From positions 1 through 40,542 of the forward strand of contig CAZRYP010000002.1 in NCBI GenBank assembly GCA_964604295.1: DNA of 40,542 nt. Reading direction: 5' to 3'. Source of the DNA: an uncultured Treponemataceae bacterium (GTDB taxonomy: Bacteria; Spirochaetota; Spirochaetia; Treponematales; Rectinemataceae). The notes beneath the pieces were generated by a model. That model was not told the DNA's origin. It did not search any database and was given only the letters and a program-made list of their open reading frames with translations. Positions 10,255-17,654 of the stretch are shown in pieces (the first letter of the stretch is position 1; each line of letters opens with the position of its first letter). A program made the translations under genes and the position numbers.

Positions 10255-11769
10255 ATGAAAAAGTCTAGAATTCCCTTACTGCTCCTGGCTCTCGTAACGG
10301 TTCTCGCCTTTACATCATGCGACCAGATCAACAGCTTCATCGCTTCCAGAACGAGACCGCTCCAGCTCATCGAGATATTCAACTCGAATCTCCAGAAAAC
10401 ACTGAAAATGGTGCCGAACGACACACTCTACGTGAAGGTGCAGGGACTCGCCGCTGAGACCGAATACCTGATCCAGTGCGTCGACCCCGTGGATAAGGTG
10501 ATCACGGAGATCCAGTCCCAATCGGACGAGAATGGCATCATCGGCGCGAGTCCTCTCTGGTTTGACGTCGGCTTCAAGAAGGATTCCAACGGAAGGCCAT
10601 ATCTGGACACGACCGATGAACTCATGCTCCGAGCCTTCAATATCAGGGTCCAGAGTCTCGATGAAAACGGTGAGCTCGATGGCGAGACTGATTTCAAGCT
10701 TCCCTTCTTTTTCGTGAACACCACGATGCTCGAGAGGCCTCAGCCCATCGTCATGGCAGGCAAATTGATCGGCGGTGAGTTCTTCCTGGACAACGCCTTC
10801 TACGGAGAGAGCGCAGATACCGATGTTGAGACAAATGAAGGAGGACCCACCGCATCCGATGTGCTCTATGTCAAGGTGGCGAATCTGGACGAAGCGCTTC
10901 CCGGCGAGACTACGGCACGTGTCTACATAGTTCCCTTCAACGGCGAGAACTACGAGGACGGGGCCGACGTGGCGGAGAAGGCCTGGTTCTACCAGGACTG
11001 CGACATCGCTGACCTGACCTCGGATACCGGCGCCAAGATACAGTGGCCGGTCAGCTCCGTGCTCCAGGATATCATCCCTGTCGGGGCCGAAGGGAATTCC
11101 TTCAGCGTAGTCCTCGATGTGGGGAATGACGGATTCTACAACATCCTCAAGGAAGGCACGACCGACTACTTCCTCGACGGAATTGACGGCAATGGAGTGC
11201 CCGGCTTCATCGTGAAGGTACCGCCTGAGCCGCCTGCCGCCGTCTATGTGCCCATGAACCTCGCCTCGGGAGGAGTCTACAGCTGGACCTACCAGAGCGG
11301 ATATGGCTGGAAGATGGATTATGATTACCGCAATGTATTCAACACGAACGGGTATGATACCCGCTACGCTTCCCACTCCGGCGAGTTCTGGGGTTATGGA
11401 GTCAAGGTGATCTGGAATCCCTACCAGTCATCCAGCGCCTGGCCCAGCGGCTTCGCGATGCCCAGCAATTTCTGGGGAAGGACCGTGGATGTGTACATCG
11501 TGAAAAGCGATCAGTCGCTTCTCCAGGACGCGGCTATCGTACCCGCTCCCGGGACAACCAAGAAAACCTTGCCGGTCCAGTACGGATGCGCCAACGGATA
11601 CTGGCAGCAGACGATCTGGAGGGCTCCGATGACAGTCGGCGACTATATGCTCATCGTCGACATGGAGCGTGATGGAGAGGTTTCCGATTATGACCTGGTG
11701 GACGATCAGAAACAGGACGGCACTGCATGGACAAGTGGCGCCAACAAGATAGGCTTCCAGGTGAGATAG
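10255..11769 (+). CDS. Lipoprotein of unknown function (504 aa)
   Basis: It starts 13 nt after the previous stop, behind GGAGGGGG. The signal peptide has a lipobox-like LAFTSC. I recognise no domain, and a strong terminator follows. Confidence 0.6.
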   Translation: MKKSRIPLLLLALVTVLAFTSCDQINSFIASRTRPLQLIEIFNSNLQKTLKMVPNDTLYVKVQGLAAETEYLIQCVDPVDKVITEIQSQSDENGIIGASPLWFDVGFKKDSNGRPYLDTTDELMLRAFNIRVQSLDENGELDGETDFKLPFFFVNTTMLERPQPIVMAGKLIGGEFFLDNAFYGESADTDVETNEGGPTASDVLYVKVANLDEALPGETTARVYIVPFNGENYEDGADVAEKAWFYQDCDIADLTSDTGAKIQWPVSSVLQDIIPVGAEGNSFSVVLDVGNDGFYNILKEGTTDYFLDGIDGNGVPGFIVKVPPEPPAAVYVPMNLASGGVYSWTYQSGYGWKMDYDYRNVFNTNGYDTRYASHSGEFWGYGVKVIWNPYQSSSAWPSGFAMPSNFWGRTVDVYIVKSDQSLLQDAAIVPAPGTTKKTLPVQYGCANGYWQQTIWRAPMTVGDYMLIVDMERDGEVSDYDLVDDQKQDGTAWTSGANKIGFQVR

Positions 11770-11800
11770 CAGCAGTCATTGCATAAGATGCCTTTGGTGT

Positions 11801-11836
11801 GGGCCGTCCGCGGAATGTGGACGGCCCTTTTCTTTG
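11801..11836 (+). terminator. Rho-independent terminator
   Basis: A perfect 9-bp stem GGGCCGTCC/GGACGGCCC has a 9-nt loop and is followed by TTTTCTTTG. Confidence 0.85.
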
Positions 11837-11873
11837 ATGCAGGGGCATTGGTTTCCAGGCATTGCCGTCCGGG

Positions 11874-11902
11874 TTGACATCGCCCCGTCTTTTGGGTACT
11901 GT
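11874..11902 (+). promoter_or_regulatory. Sigma-70-type promoter for tRNA-Lys
   Basis: TTGACA, a 17-nt spacer, then TACTGT. A GC-rich discriminator (CCCCGC) lies just before the tRNA 5' end. Confidence 0.45.
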
Positions 11903-11912
11903 GAATCCCCGC

Positions 11913-11985
11913 GGGCCGCTAGCTCAGTAGGTAGAGCAACGCCCTTTTAAGGCGTGGGTCACGTGTTCGAATCACGTGCGGCTCA
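11913..11985 (+). tRNA. tRNA-Lys (anticodon UUU)
   Basis: The cloverleaf was folded by hand. Acceptor GGGCCGC/GCGGCTC has one G-U pair. D arm is GCTC-AGTAGGTA-GAGC. Anticodon arm is ACGCC-CTTTTAA-GGCGT. The variable loop is GGGTC and the T arm is ACGTG-TTCGAAT-CACGT. The discriminator is A, the length is 73 nt, and CCA is not encoded. Confidence 0.93.
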
Positions 11986-12101
11986 TCTGTTAAGTGCTTT
12001 AAGCGCAATAAATTATTGAACGACTACGGAAAAGCCGACGTCGCTTCTTTCTCGAGTGTGAGAATGGACTGTGAGAATAGTCCTTCTCCAAGGGAGAGGA
12101 A

Positions 12102-12502
12102 ATGCGTCGGTGTGGTCTTTCTGAGCGCAACGGTATCTTCTACGCTCAGCTTTTTAATCCCAAAACCCACACGTTCATGACAGTCAAATCCACAGGGAAA
12201 CGCAAACGTGATGAGGCTGCGGGAGTGGCAACCGATTGGCTGAAAAATGGACTCCCAAGCAAGAAAAGGGGCAAGGAGCCTTCCATAGATATTGTGATGA
12301 CGCTTGATGCAGTCCTGAGTGGTCTCCAGACACTTCCTGTCTTGCCGGACGATATATCCAGAGTCATCGAAGTGATGAAAAACGGGCAGTTCATTGAGAA
12401 TGCTGTCGTTCGATCATGTACTGGAGGAAGTACTTCGGTGAAGGGAAAAGGATTGGTGAAGTGACCATGAAAGATCTTCGTGACTTTTCCCTAGTGTGCT
12501 GA
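12102..12502 (+). pseudogene. Tyrosine recombinase (phage-type integrase) remnant, frameshifted and truncated
   Basis: The N-terminal arm-type region is GIFYAQLFNPKTHTFMTVKSTGKRKRDEAAGVATDWL. The reading continues in another frame from about 12398-12419 as YWRKYFGEGKRIGEVTMKDLRDFSLVC and stops at 12502. No catalytic R..HxxR..Y domain follows. Confidence 0.65.
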
Positions 12503-12619
12503 GTGTAGCGAAACCCTCTGGAAACGAAGGTGGCATGGTTCTTGTGCACTTTTCATTCTAAGGACATCGATGACACTCTATTTTAGTTTCCTAACCTTAG
12601 GGGAAACCGACTCAAGTTC

Positions 12620-12664
12620 TTGACGATAATGTAATATCGAAGTACGATATCGTATGTCGATATT
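12620..12664 (+). promoter_or_regulatory. Putative promoter plus nested palindromic operator at the PadR start
   Basis: TTGACG (12620), a 17-nt spacer, then TACGAT (12643-12648); the ATG is at 12654. Inverted repeats are AATATCGA (12633-40) with TCGATATT (12657-64), and ATATCG (12634-39) with CGATAT (12645-50). Confidence 0.4.
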
Positions 12665-13007
12665 AAAGATACAAACATCGAGCGAACGATTACTTCGAGA
12701 TTTCTTCTCCGGTTTCGTTAAGATTCACGTCCTCTACCATACGGGCAATAGACCATTTTATGGCCAGGAATTGAAAGATGAGCTCGAGGAACATGGGTAT
12801 GCGATCTCGTACGGGACTCTGTACCCGCTCCTTCATAAGCTCTGCGCCGGTGGCTATCTTGCGCGTGAGGATAAGGTAGTCGATGGGAAGGTGAGGAAGT
12901 ATTACTCTCTTGCCGGGACCGGCCGAGAAGTTCTGGAAGAAGCCAGGCGCAAGCTCCGAGAACTCGCCCTCGAGGTATTGGAGAAGGATGTTCATAAGGA
13001 GGAATAA
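12654..13007 (+). CDS. PadR family transcriptional regulator
   Basis: A 117-aa winged-helix protein with the PadR signature YGQELKDELEEHGYAISYGTLYPLLHKLCAGGYL...RKYYSLAGTGREVL. Confidence 0.85.
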   Translation: MSILKIQTSSERLLRDFFSGFVKIHVLYHTGNRPFYGQELKDELEEHGYAISYGTLYPLLHKLCAGGYLAREDKVVDGKVRKYYSLAGTGREVLEEARRKLRELALEVLEKDVHKEE

Positions 13008-13008
13008 C

Positions 13009-14241
13009 ATGGCGAAGCTTGAGAAGGAGCTTGGCAAGGGCGCGGCAATCGCGTTCATCGTGTTGTTCGGCATAGTCAGTCTCTTCGCCGACATGAATTA
13101 CGAAGGTGGCCGCAGCGTCGTTGGTCAATATATCAAGCTCCTGGGGACGAGCGCGTTCGCTCTCGGGATAGCGGCAGGCCTGGGCGAGTTCGTCGGTTAT
13201 GCGCTCCGGTTCGTCTCCGGTACGATAGCCGATCGCACGAAGAAGTACTGGCTCCTCATCATCACGGGATATGTCATCCAGCTCTGTTCGCTCCCCCTTT
13301 TGGCATTTGTACGCGGCTGGGAGCTTGCCATAGCCTTTCTGTTTCTCGAGCGGGTCGGGAAGGCGATCCGCAAGCCCGCCCACGACGCGGTCGTATCATT
13401 CGCATCCGCTCATACAGGAACGGGATTCGGGTTTGGTCTCCAAGAGGCGCTCGACCAGATCGGGGCTTTTCTTGGTCCCTCGCTCTTTGCCCTCCTCCTT
13501 TTCACGGCACCTGATGGCGCGAGCATAGCGGAGTATCGAAAAGGGCTTCTCCTTCTCCTTATCCCAGCGGCTCTCGCTGTCGGTATCGCCATCACGGCGC
13601 GCTTCATCTTCCCTCACCCGGATCGCTTTGAGCTCAAACAAAGCGTACCGGATATCGCTTCTCGGGGCTACTCGCGGACGTATTGGATCATCGTTCTCGC
13701 CGCCGGGCTCCTTGCGATGGGAATCACCGACTTCCCCCTTATCGGTTTGCATCTGAAGAAAGCTGGAGCCATCACCGAAGCCGCGATACCGCTTCTATAC
13801 TCAGGAGCCATGGCTGTCGACGCGGCGGCGGCTATCATCTTCGGTCGATTGTACGACCGCTTCGGCTTGAAAACGCTGCTCGTTCTCTTCGCGGCTGAGC
13901 TTTTCACCGCGCCGCTCGTCTTCCTCGGGCCGACCTGGGCAATCATCATCGGCATGACGCTTTGGGGGATCAGTGTGGGTACCCAAGAATCCATCCTCAA
14001 GTCGGCGATCAGCGATCGAGTTGTCAAGGAGAAGCGAGCCCAAGCCTTCGGCCTCTTCAACACGGTCTTCGGGTTATTCTGGTTTATCGGCAGCGCAATC
14101 ATCGGCTTCCTGTACGACCATGGCGGTCCTGTACCCATGGTCATCTTTTCGGTGATCGTCCAGGGGCTTTCTCTCATTCTGTTTTCGACCCTCTTTTTCG
14201 GTCCGCGAAAGGTTTCTGCCTTTCCTGATGCAGGTCGATAG
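13009..14241 (+). CDS. MFS transporter
   Basis: The ATG lies 1 nt after the PadR stop, behind AGGAGGAA. It is a roughly 12-TM hydrophobic protein with an MFS loop motif (GTIADRTKKYW). Confidence 0.8.
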   Translation: MAKLEKELGKGAAIAFIVLFGIVSLFADMNYEGGRSVVGQYIKLLGTSAFALGIAAGLGEFVGYALRFVSGTIADRTKKYWLLIITGYVIQLCSLPLLAFVRGWELAIAFLFLERVGKAIRKPAHDAVVSFASAHTGTGFGFGLQEALDQIGAFLGPSLFALLLFTAPDGASIAEYRKGLLLLLIPAALAVGIAITARFIFPHPDRFELKQSVPDIASRGYSRTYWIIVLAAGLLAMGITDFPLIGLHLKKAGAITEAAIPLLYSGAMAVDAAAAIIFGRLYDRFGLKTLLVLFAAELFTAPLVFLGPTWAIIIGMTLWGISVGTQESILKSAISDRVVKEKRAQAFGLFNTVFGLFWFIGSAIIGFLYDHGGPVPMVIFSVIVQGLSLILFSTLFFGPRKVSAFPDAGR

Positions 14242-14556
14242 TCCAACAACCATGACAACATGGCGGCAATCGTCCGCACCCAATGCCTCTTGATTCCCCT
14301 AGCATCATCTATGACTCTATTCGAAAGGCCAGGAATGAGGCGCTTTCTGAATCGAAGGACTTCTGCGAGGATTGCTCCAGATTGAATGAAGATGTCGGCG
14401 TTTGAGTAAATTCGTCGCTTGGAAATCTTAACCATGTATTGAACTGGTTAAGATGGCCGGTTGACGAGATGGGAATGAATTCCGTCGATAGGACTTACTA
14501 ATACTTCGTCAGACAACCATCACATTCTCTTACTCCCTTTCGCCGCACCTTTTTGA

Positions 14557-14608
14557 TTGACAACTATAGTATTTAGTATCATACTGGCTATGCTACTAAG
14601 TAGCATAG
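14557..14608 (+). promoter_or_regulatory. Putative promoter and 21-bp perfect palindromic operator
   Basis: TTGACA (14557-62), a 17-nt spacer, then CATACT. The palindrome CTATGCTACT-A-AGTAGCATAG (14588-14608) follows, directly before the RBS GGAAGG and the ATG at 14621. Confidence 0.5.
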
Positions 14609-14620
14609 CGGAAGGTGTGC

Positions 14621-15103
14621 ATGAATGTGACAGTCATTTCGATCAACGCGCTGGCTCTTGTGTTTCTTGCCGTTTCCTTTTTCAAGGATCGCGCGAAGAC
14701 AGCCCAGGCCCTCAGATCGGCACTGCGTTCGGGCGGGGGACTCGCGCCGACCCTACTCGGAATTCTGGTCGTGATAGGACTCATCATGGGCTTCGTGACC
14801 TCGGCGACCATAGGCAGGATCCTGGGGGAAGGAAGCGGTATGATGGGAGTGCTCACCGCCGCCCTGCTGGGTTCTGTCCTGCACATACCCTCGCTCGTTT
14901 CATTCCCGCTTGGTGGATCCTTGCTGCGCGGCGGGGCTTCAGTGACGGTGATAGCCGTATTCATCACCACGCTCACGATGGTCGGGTTTATGACCCTGCC
15001 CATGGAAATCAGCATCCTGGGGAAGCGGTTTACGTTGCTGAGGAACGTGTTAAGCATCATTGCGGCATTGATCATCGGGCTTTTAGTGGGAGTAGCGGTA
15101 TGA
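14621..15103 (+). CDS. Permease, half-size subunit A (DUF318/ArsP-type 'predicted permease' family)
   Basis: MNVTVISINALALVFL..., a 160-aa polytopic protein. It shares the pattern LLG...FPLGGSLLRGGAS...EISILGKRF with the next gene. Confidence 0.65.
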   Translation: MNVTVISINALALVFLAVSFFKDRAKTAQALRSALRSGGGLAPTLLGILVVIGLIMGFVTSATIGRILGEGSGMMGVLTAALLGSVLHIPSLVSFPLGGSLLRGGASVTVIAVFITTLTMVGFMTLPMEISILGKRFTLLRNVLSIIAALIIGLLVGVAV

Positions 15104-15675
15104 ATACGTCGATGCGTGCACCCATGGGGGAGAAGTCTTCCGCGCAGGGCAAGCAGAAAAACCCGGTCCGTGACTGGCTGGTCTTAGCGGGTATCCTGGC
15201 CCTTGCTACCGCGTTGTTGATCGGTTTTCCCGCGCAGCGGCAACCGTCGATCGACGCGTTCCGGCAGTTTCTTTCCGAGATGGTTTTCGTCATGCCCGCG
15301 GTGCTCGTGATCATGGGACTCTTCGGCGTCTGGGTGCCCAAGGAGATGATCAACCGTTACCTTGGGCACGGTTCGGGACTGCGTGGCATGGTCATCGCCT
15401 TGCTCTTCGGTACCCTGCCGACAGGTCCCTTGTACGCGGCTTTCCCGCTTTCCAAGGGCCTTCTCGAAAAAGGCGCCTCACCCGCGAATGTCTTCATTTT
15501 CCTGGCTGCCTGGGCTTGCATCAAGATCCCGCAAGAACTCGTGGAACTGCAATTTCTTGGCTGGCGCTTTACGCTCGCCCGTTTTGGCTTCACGGTTGTC
15601 GTGGTATTCGTGATGGCAGCCATATTCCAGCGACTGCTGGATAAAAAACCGAAAGGTATTCCGTCGGATGTGTGA
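15100..15675 (+). CDS. Permease, half-size subunit B (DUF318/ArsP-type family)
   Basis: It has an ATGA overlap with subunit A. The matching pattern is LLFG...FPLSKGLLEKGAS...ELQFLGWRF. The layout resembles the two-gene permease complexes annotated as SMU_747c/746c-like. Confidence 0.65.
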   Translation: MNTSMRAPMGEKSSAQGKQKNPVRDWLVLAGILALATALLIGFPAQRQPSIDAFRQFLSEMVFVMPAVLVIMGLFGVWVPKEMINRYLGHGSGLRGMVIALLFGTLPTGPLYAAFPLSKGLLEKGASPANVFIFLAAWACIKIPQELVELQFLGWRFTLARFGFTVVVVFVMAAIFQRLLDKKPKGIPSDV

Positions 15676-16060
15676 CCATGCCGGGACGGGGTGTCCGCCA
15701 GCCGGGGCGGGCAGACCCAATCGTTTCGTCGTTCCCGGCTTGTTGCTCCTTCTGGCGGAGAAAGAAGCGCATGGATATGAGCTTGGCGTAAAGCTGGCCG
15801 CGCTCGGCTTTATAGAAAGCGAGACCGATACCGCTCTCATATACCGTGCCCTTGGGACCTTGAGCGAAGGCGCGTATATCATTCATCGAGAAGCCCCTGG
15901 CGAGGGCGGCCCGCCGCGCAAGGTGTATTCCCTGACCTCGAGCGGCCGCGTGCTGCTTGGAGACTGGCGGAAAGTGATTCAGGGGCGGGTAACCATGCTG
16001 TCTAACTTTCTGAAGCGTTGCGCGGAACTAGAGTTGGATCGAAGAGGAGAAGAAACATGA
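15668..16060 (+). CDS. PadR family transcriptional regulator with Cys/His-containing N-terminal extension
   Basis: It overlaps the permease B stop by 8 nt. The PadR core is LLLLLAEKEAHGYELGVKLAALGF...ALIYRALGTLSEGAYI...RKVYSLTSSGR. The N-terminus is MCDHAGTGCPP. Confidence 0.8.
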   Translation: MCDHAGTGCPPAGAGRPNRFVVPGLLLLLAEKEAHGYELGVKLAALGFIESETDTALIYRALGTLSEGAYIIHREAPGEGGPPRKVYSLTSSGRVLLGDWRKVIQGRVTMLSNFLKRCAELELDRRGEET

Positions 16061-16371
16061 AAGTATTCGACATTGCCGACATGAAAGCGTTTGGCTATGA
16101 GCAACGCGCGATGAATGTCATCCATGAAACACCGGAGTTCAAGCTGCGGGTAATCGAGCTGGCGCCGGGAAGAAACATCCCGCGATGCGAAATGACCTCC
16201 CATGTCATATTTGTATGTGTCGAGGGAGAGGCGACGGTCACCATCGACGGGGAGGAAACCGTACTGAATCCCGCGAAGGGCCTGGTAACCAAGCCCGCCT
16301 TGGTATCCATGAGGAGTGAAAAGGGAGCAAAGCTCATGGGCATCCAAATCACGCCTATCACTACTGCCTGA
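16057..16371 (+). CDS. Cupin domain protein
   Basis: It has an ATGA overlap with the PadR stop. The 104-aa beta-barrel pattern is VIELAPGRNIPRCEMTSHVIFVCVEGEATVTIDGEE. Confidence 0.65.
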   Translation: MKVFDIADMKAFGYEQRAMNVIHETPEFKLRVIELAPGRNIPRCEMTSHVIFVCVEGEATVTIDGEETVLNPAKGLVTKPALVSMRSEKGAKLMGIQITPITTA

Positions 16372-16513
16372 GTCGCGGTTTGGCACTGTTGCACCCCTGG
16401 CATGATATAGTGCGGTAACCACGTTCCGAACCCAAGTGTGAGACAGGGCTGTCAGATAGCCCATCACTTGAAGCGGAATGGGTCGGTTTTCTCTTTTTAC
16501 AAGGAGGGTTCCC

Positions 16514-16834
16514 ATGAGACTAGGCGTCATACTCGAGACGAAAGAGCCGGAGAAAGCGTGGAATGCTTTTCGTTTCGCGTCCACCGCGAAGAAACAGGGA
16601 CATGAAGTGAAGGTATTCCTGATGGGCGAGGCGGTTGAATGTGAAGGCCTGACACATGAAAAATACAATGTCGACGAACAGCTCAAGAAGTTCATCGAGG
16701 CAGGCGGTGATATCCTGGCCTGCGGCACATGCCTGAAATCCCGCCAGAAGGAAGGCACGGAAGCCTGCCCTCTCTCCACGATGGTCGACTGCATAAGAAT
16801 GGTGGAGTGGGCTGATAAGATCGTCACTTTCTGA
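16514..16834 (+). CDS. DsrE/DsrF-like sulfur-relay family protein
   Basis: The ATG at 16514 follows AAGGAGGG. MRLGVILETKEPEKAWNAFRFA...KVFLMGEAV...ILACGTCLKSR shows a Rossmann-like DsrE pattern with a CGTC motif. Confidence 0.65.
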   Translation: MRLGVILETKEPEKAWNAFRFASTAKKQGHEVKVFLMGEAVECEGLTHEKYNVDEQLKKFIEAGGDILACGTCLKSRQKEGTEACPLSTMVDCIRMVEWADKIVTF

Positions 16835-16960
16835 AAGTCGCAGAATACTTTCAGCGCATCCATGCGACACCGATGATTGCGGGGTAGCCGAAGCTCGCCC
16901 TGCCTGCAGCGCTGAAGGTCAGGGGCGCGGAGCAGTATACACGCCCGCGATTTCCGGGGC

Positions 16961-17599
16961 ATGCTGGGCGCCATGCCGATCTTCAGACCCTTCAGGAAAG
17001 AGACATTCTGGCGCGACCTCCTCGTCATCCAGGGAGGCTTCGCGATGTTCGGATTATCCATCGCCATGATGATCCGCGCCAACCTGGGCACGAGTTCCTG
17101 GTCCGTGCTGGAGGTGGCTCTCGCCACAAGATTTTCCGCGACGCCAGGCACCATGACCATCGCGATAGGCTTTCTCGTTCTCGGAATCTCCATGGCCCTG
17201 CGCGAGGAGATAGGCTGGGGCACGGTGACGAACATCGTATTCATAGGGATTTGGATCGATATATTTCTCTACTTCATCCCTTCCGTCAAAGGCAACATCG
17301 CGCTGCAGAGCCTCATGTTCGCCGTCACCATCCCCCTGCAGGGACTGGCGAGCGGCATCTACATAGGCGTCGACGCGGGCGCCGGTCCGAGGGACAGCCT
17401 CATGCTCGCCATACACCGCAACACCAAGTTTTCCATCCGCGCGGCGCGCGTTTCCATAGAGGTGGTGGTCGTGCTCATCGGAATGCTTCTCGGCGGCCCG
17501 GCGGGCATCGGCACCGTGATCTTCTCCCTCCTCATCGGTCCCGCCGTGCAGTGGGGTTTCAGGGTCTGCAAAGTAAAGGGGCATGGGCCGGGGGACTGA
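16961..17599 (+). CDS. YczE/YitT-like integral membrane protein
   Basis: A 212-aa protein with about 5-6 TM segments. NLGTSSWSVLEVAL and GAGPRDSLMLAI are typical of the YczE family. GC is back at the flank level here. Confidence 0.6.
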   Translation: MLGAMPIFRPFRKETFWRDLLVIQGGFAMFGLSIAMMIRANLGTSSWSVLEVALATRFSATPGTMTIAIGFLVLGISMALREEIGWGTVTNIVFIGIWIDIFLYFIPSVKGNIALQSLMFAVTIPLQGLASGIYIGVDAGAGPRDSLMLAIHRNTKFSIRAARVSIEVVVVLIGMLLGGPAGIGTVIFSLLIGPAVQWGFRVCKVKGHGPGD

Positions 17600-17654
17600 T
17601 CCCGCCTGAGGCGCTTCGCCGCCCCGATCCATGCCGTTCCGGATAGTTTCCGCT

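Larger units (their letters stand above)
11986..16900. mobile_element. Decayed tRNA-Lys-associated genomic island (boundaries approximate)
   Basis: It starts at the tRNA 3' end with an integrase remnant and is clearly AT-richer than the flanks. It carries two PadR-controlled accessory cassettes. GC returns to the flank level near 16.9 kb. I found no attR repeat. Confidence 0.5.

Noticed and set aside
13668-14435. A 255-aa minus-strand ORF. Its first ~65 aa (14241-14435) lie in the non-coding gap after the MFS gene, with a faint resemblance to transposase C-terminal segments (HWVRTIAAMLSWL).
   Set aside because: Three quarters of it is antisense to the well-supported MFS gene. The resemblance is too weak to call, so at most it is a degenerate remnant. 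BLASTX of 14242-14556 would settle it. An 8-bp hairpin, CTTAACCA/TGGTTAAG at about 14427-14452, overlaps its start.
16380-16415. Sigma-54-like elements TGGCAC (16381) and TGGCAT (16398) upstream of the DsrE-like gene.
   Set aside because: The GG-to-GC spacing is wrong: 7 nt and 11 nt, against the canonical 10 nt. The TTGC -12 element is absent.
11986-17000. A search for an attR direct repeat of the tRNA-Lys 3' end (e.g. TTCGAATCACGTGCGGCTCA) to delimit the island.
   Set aside because: Visual scanning found no convincing copy, so the right boundary is inferred only from the GC shift. This needs a computed repeat search.
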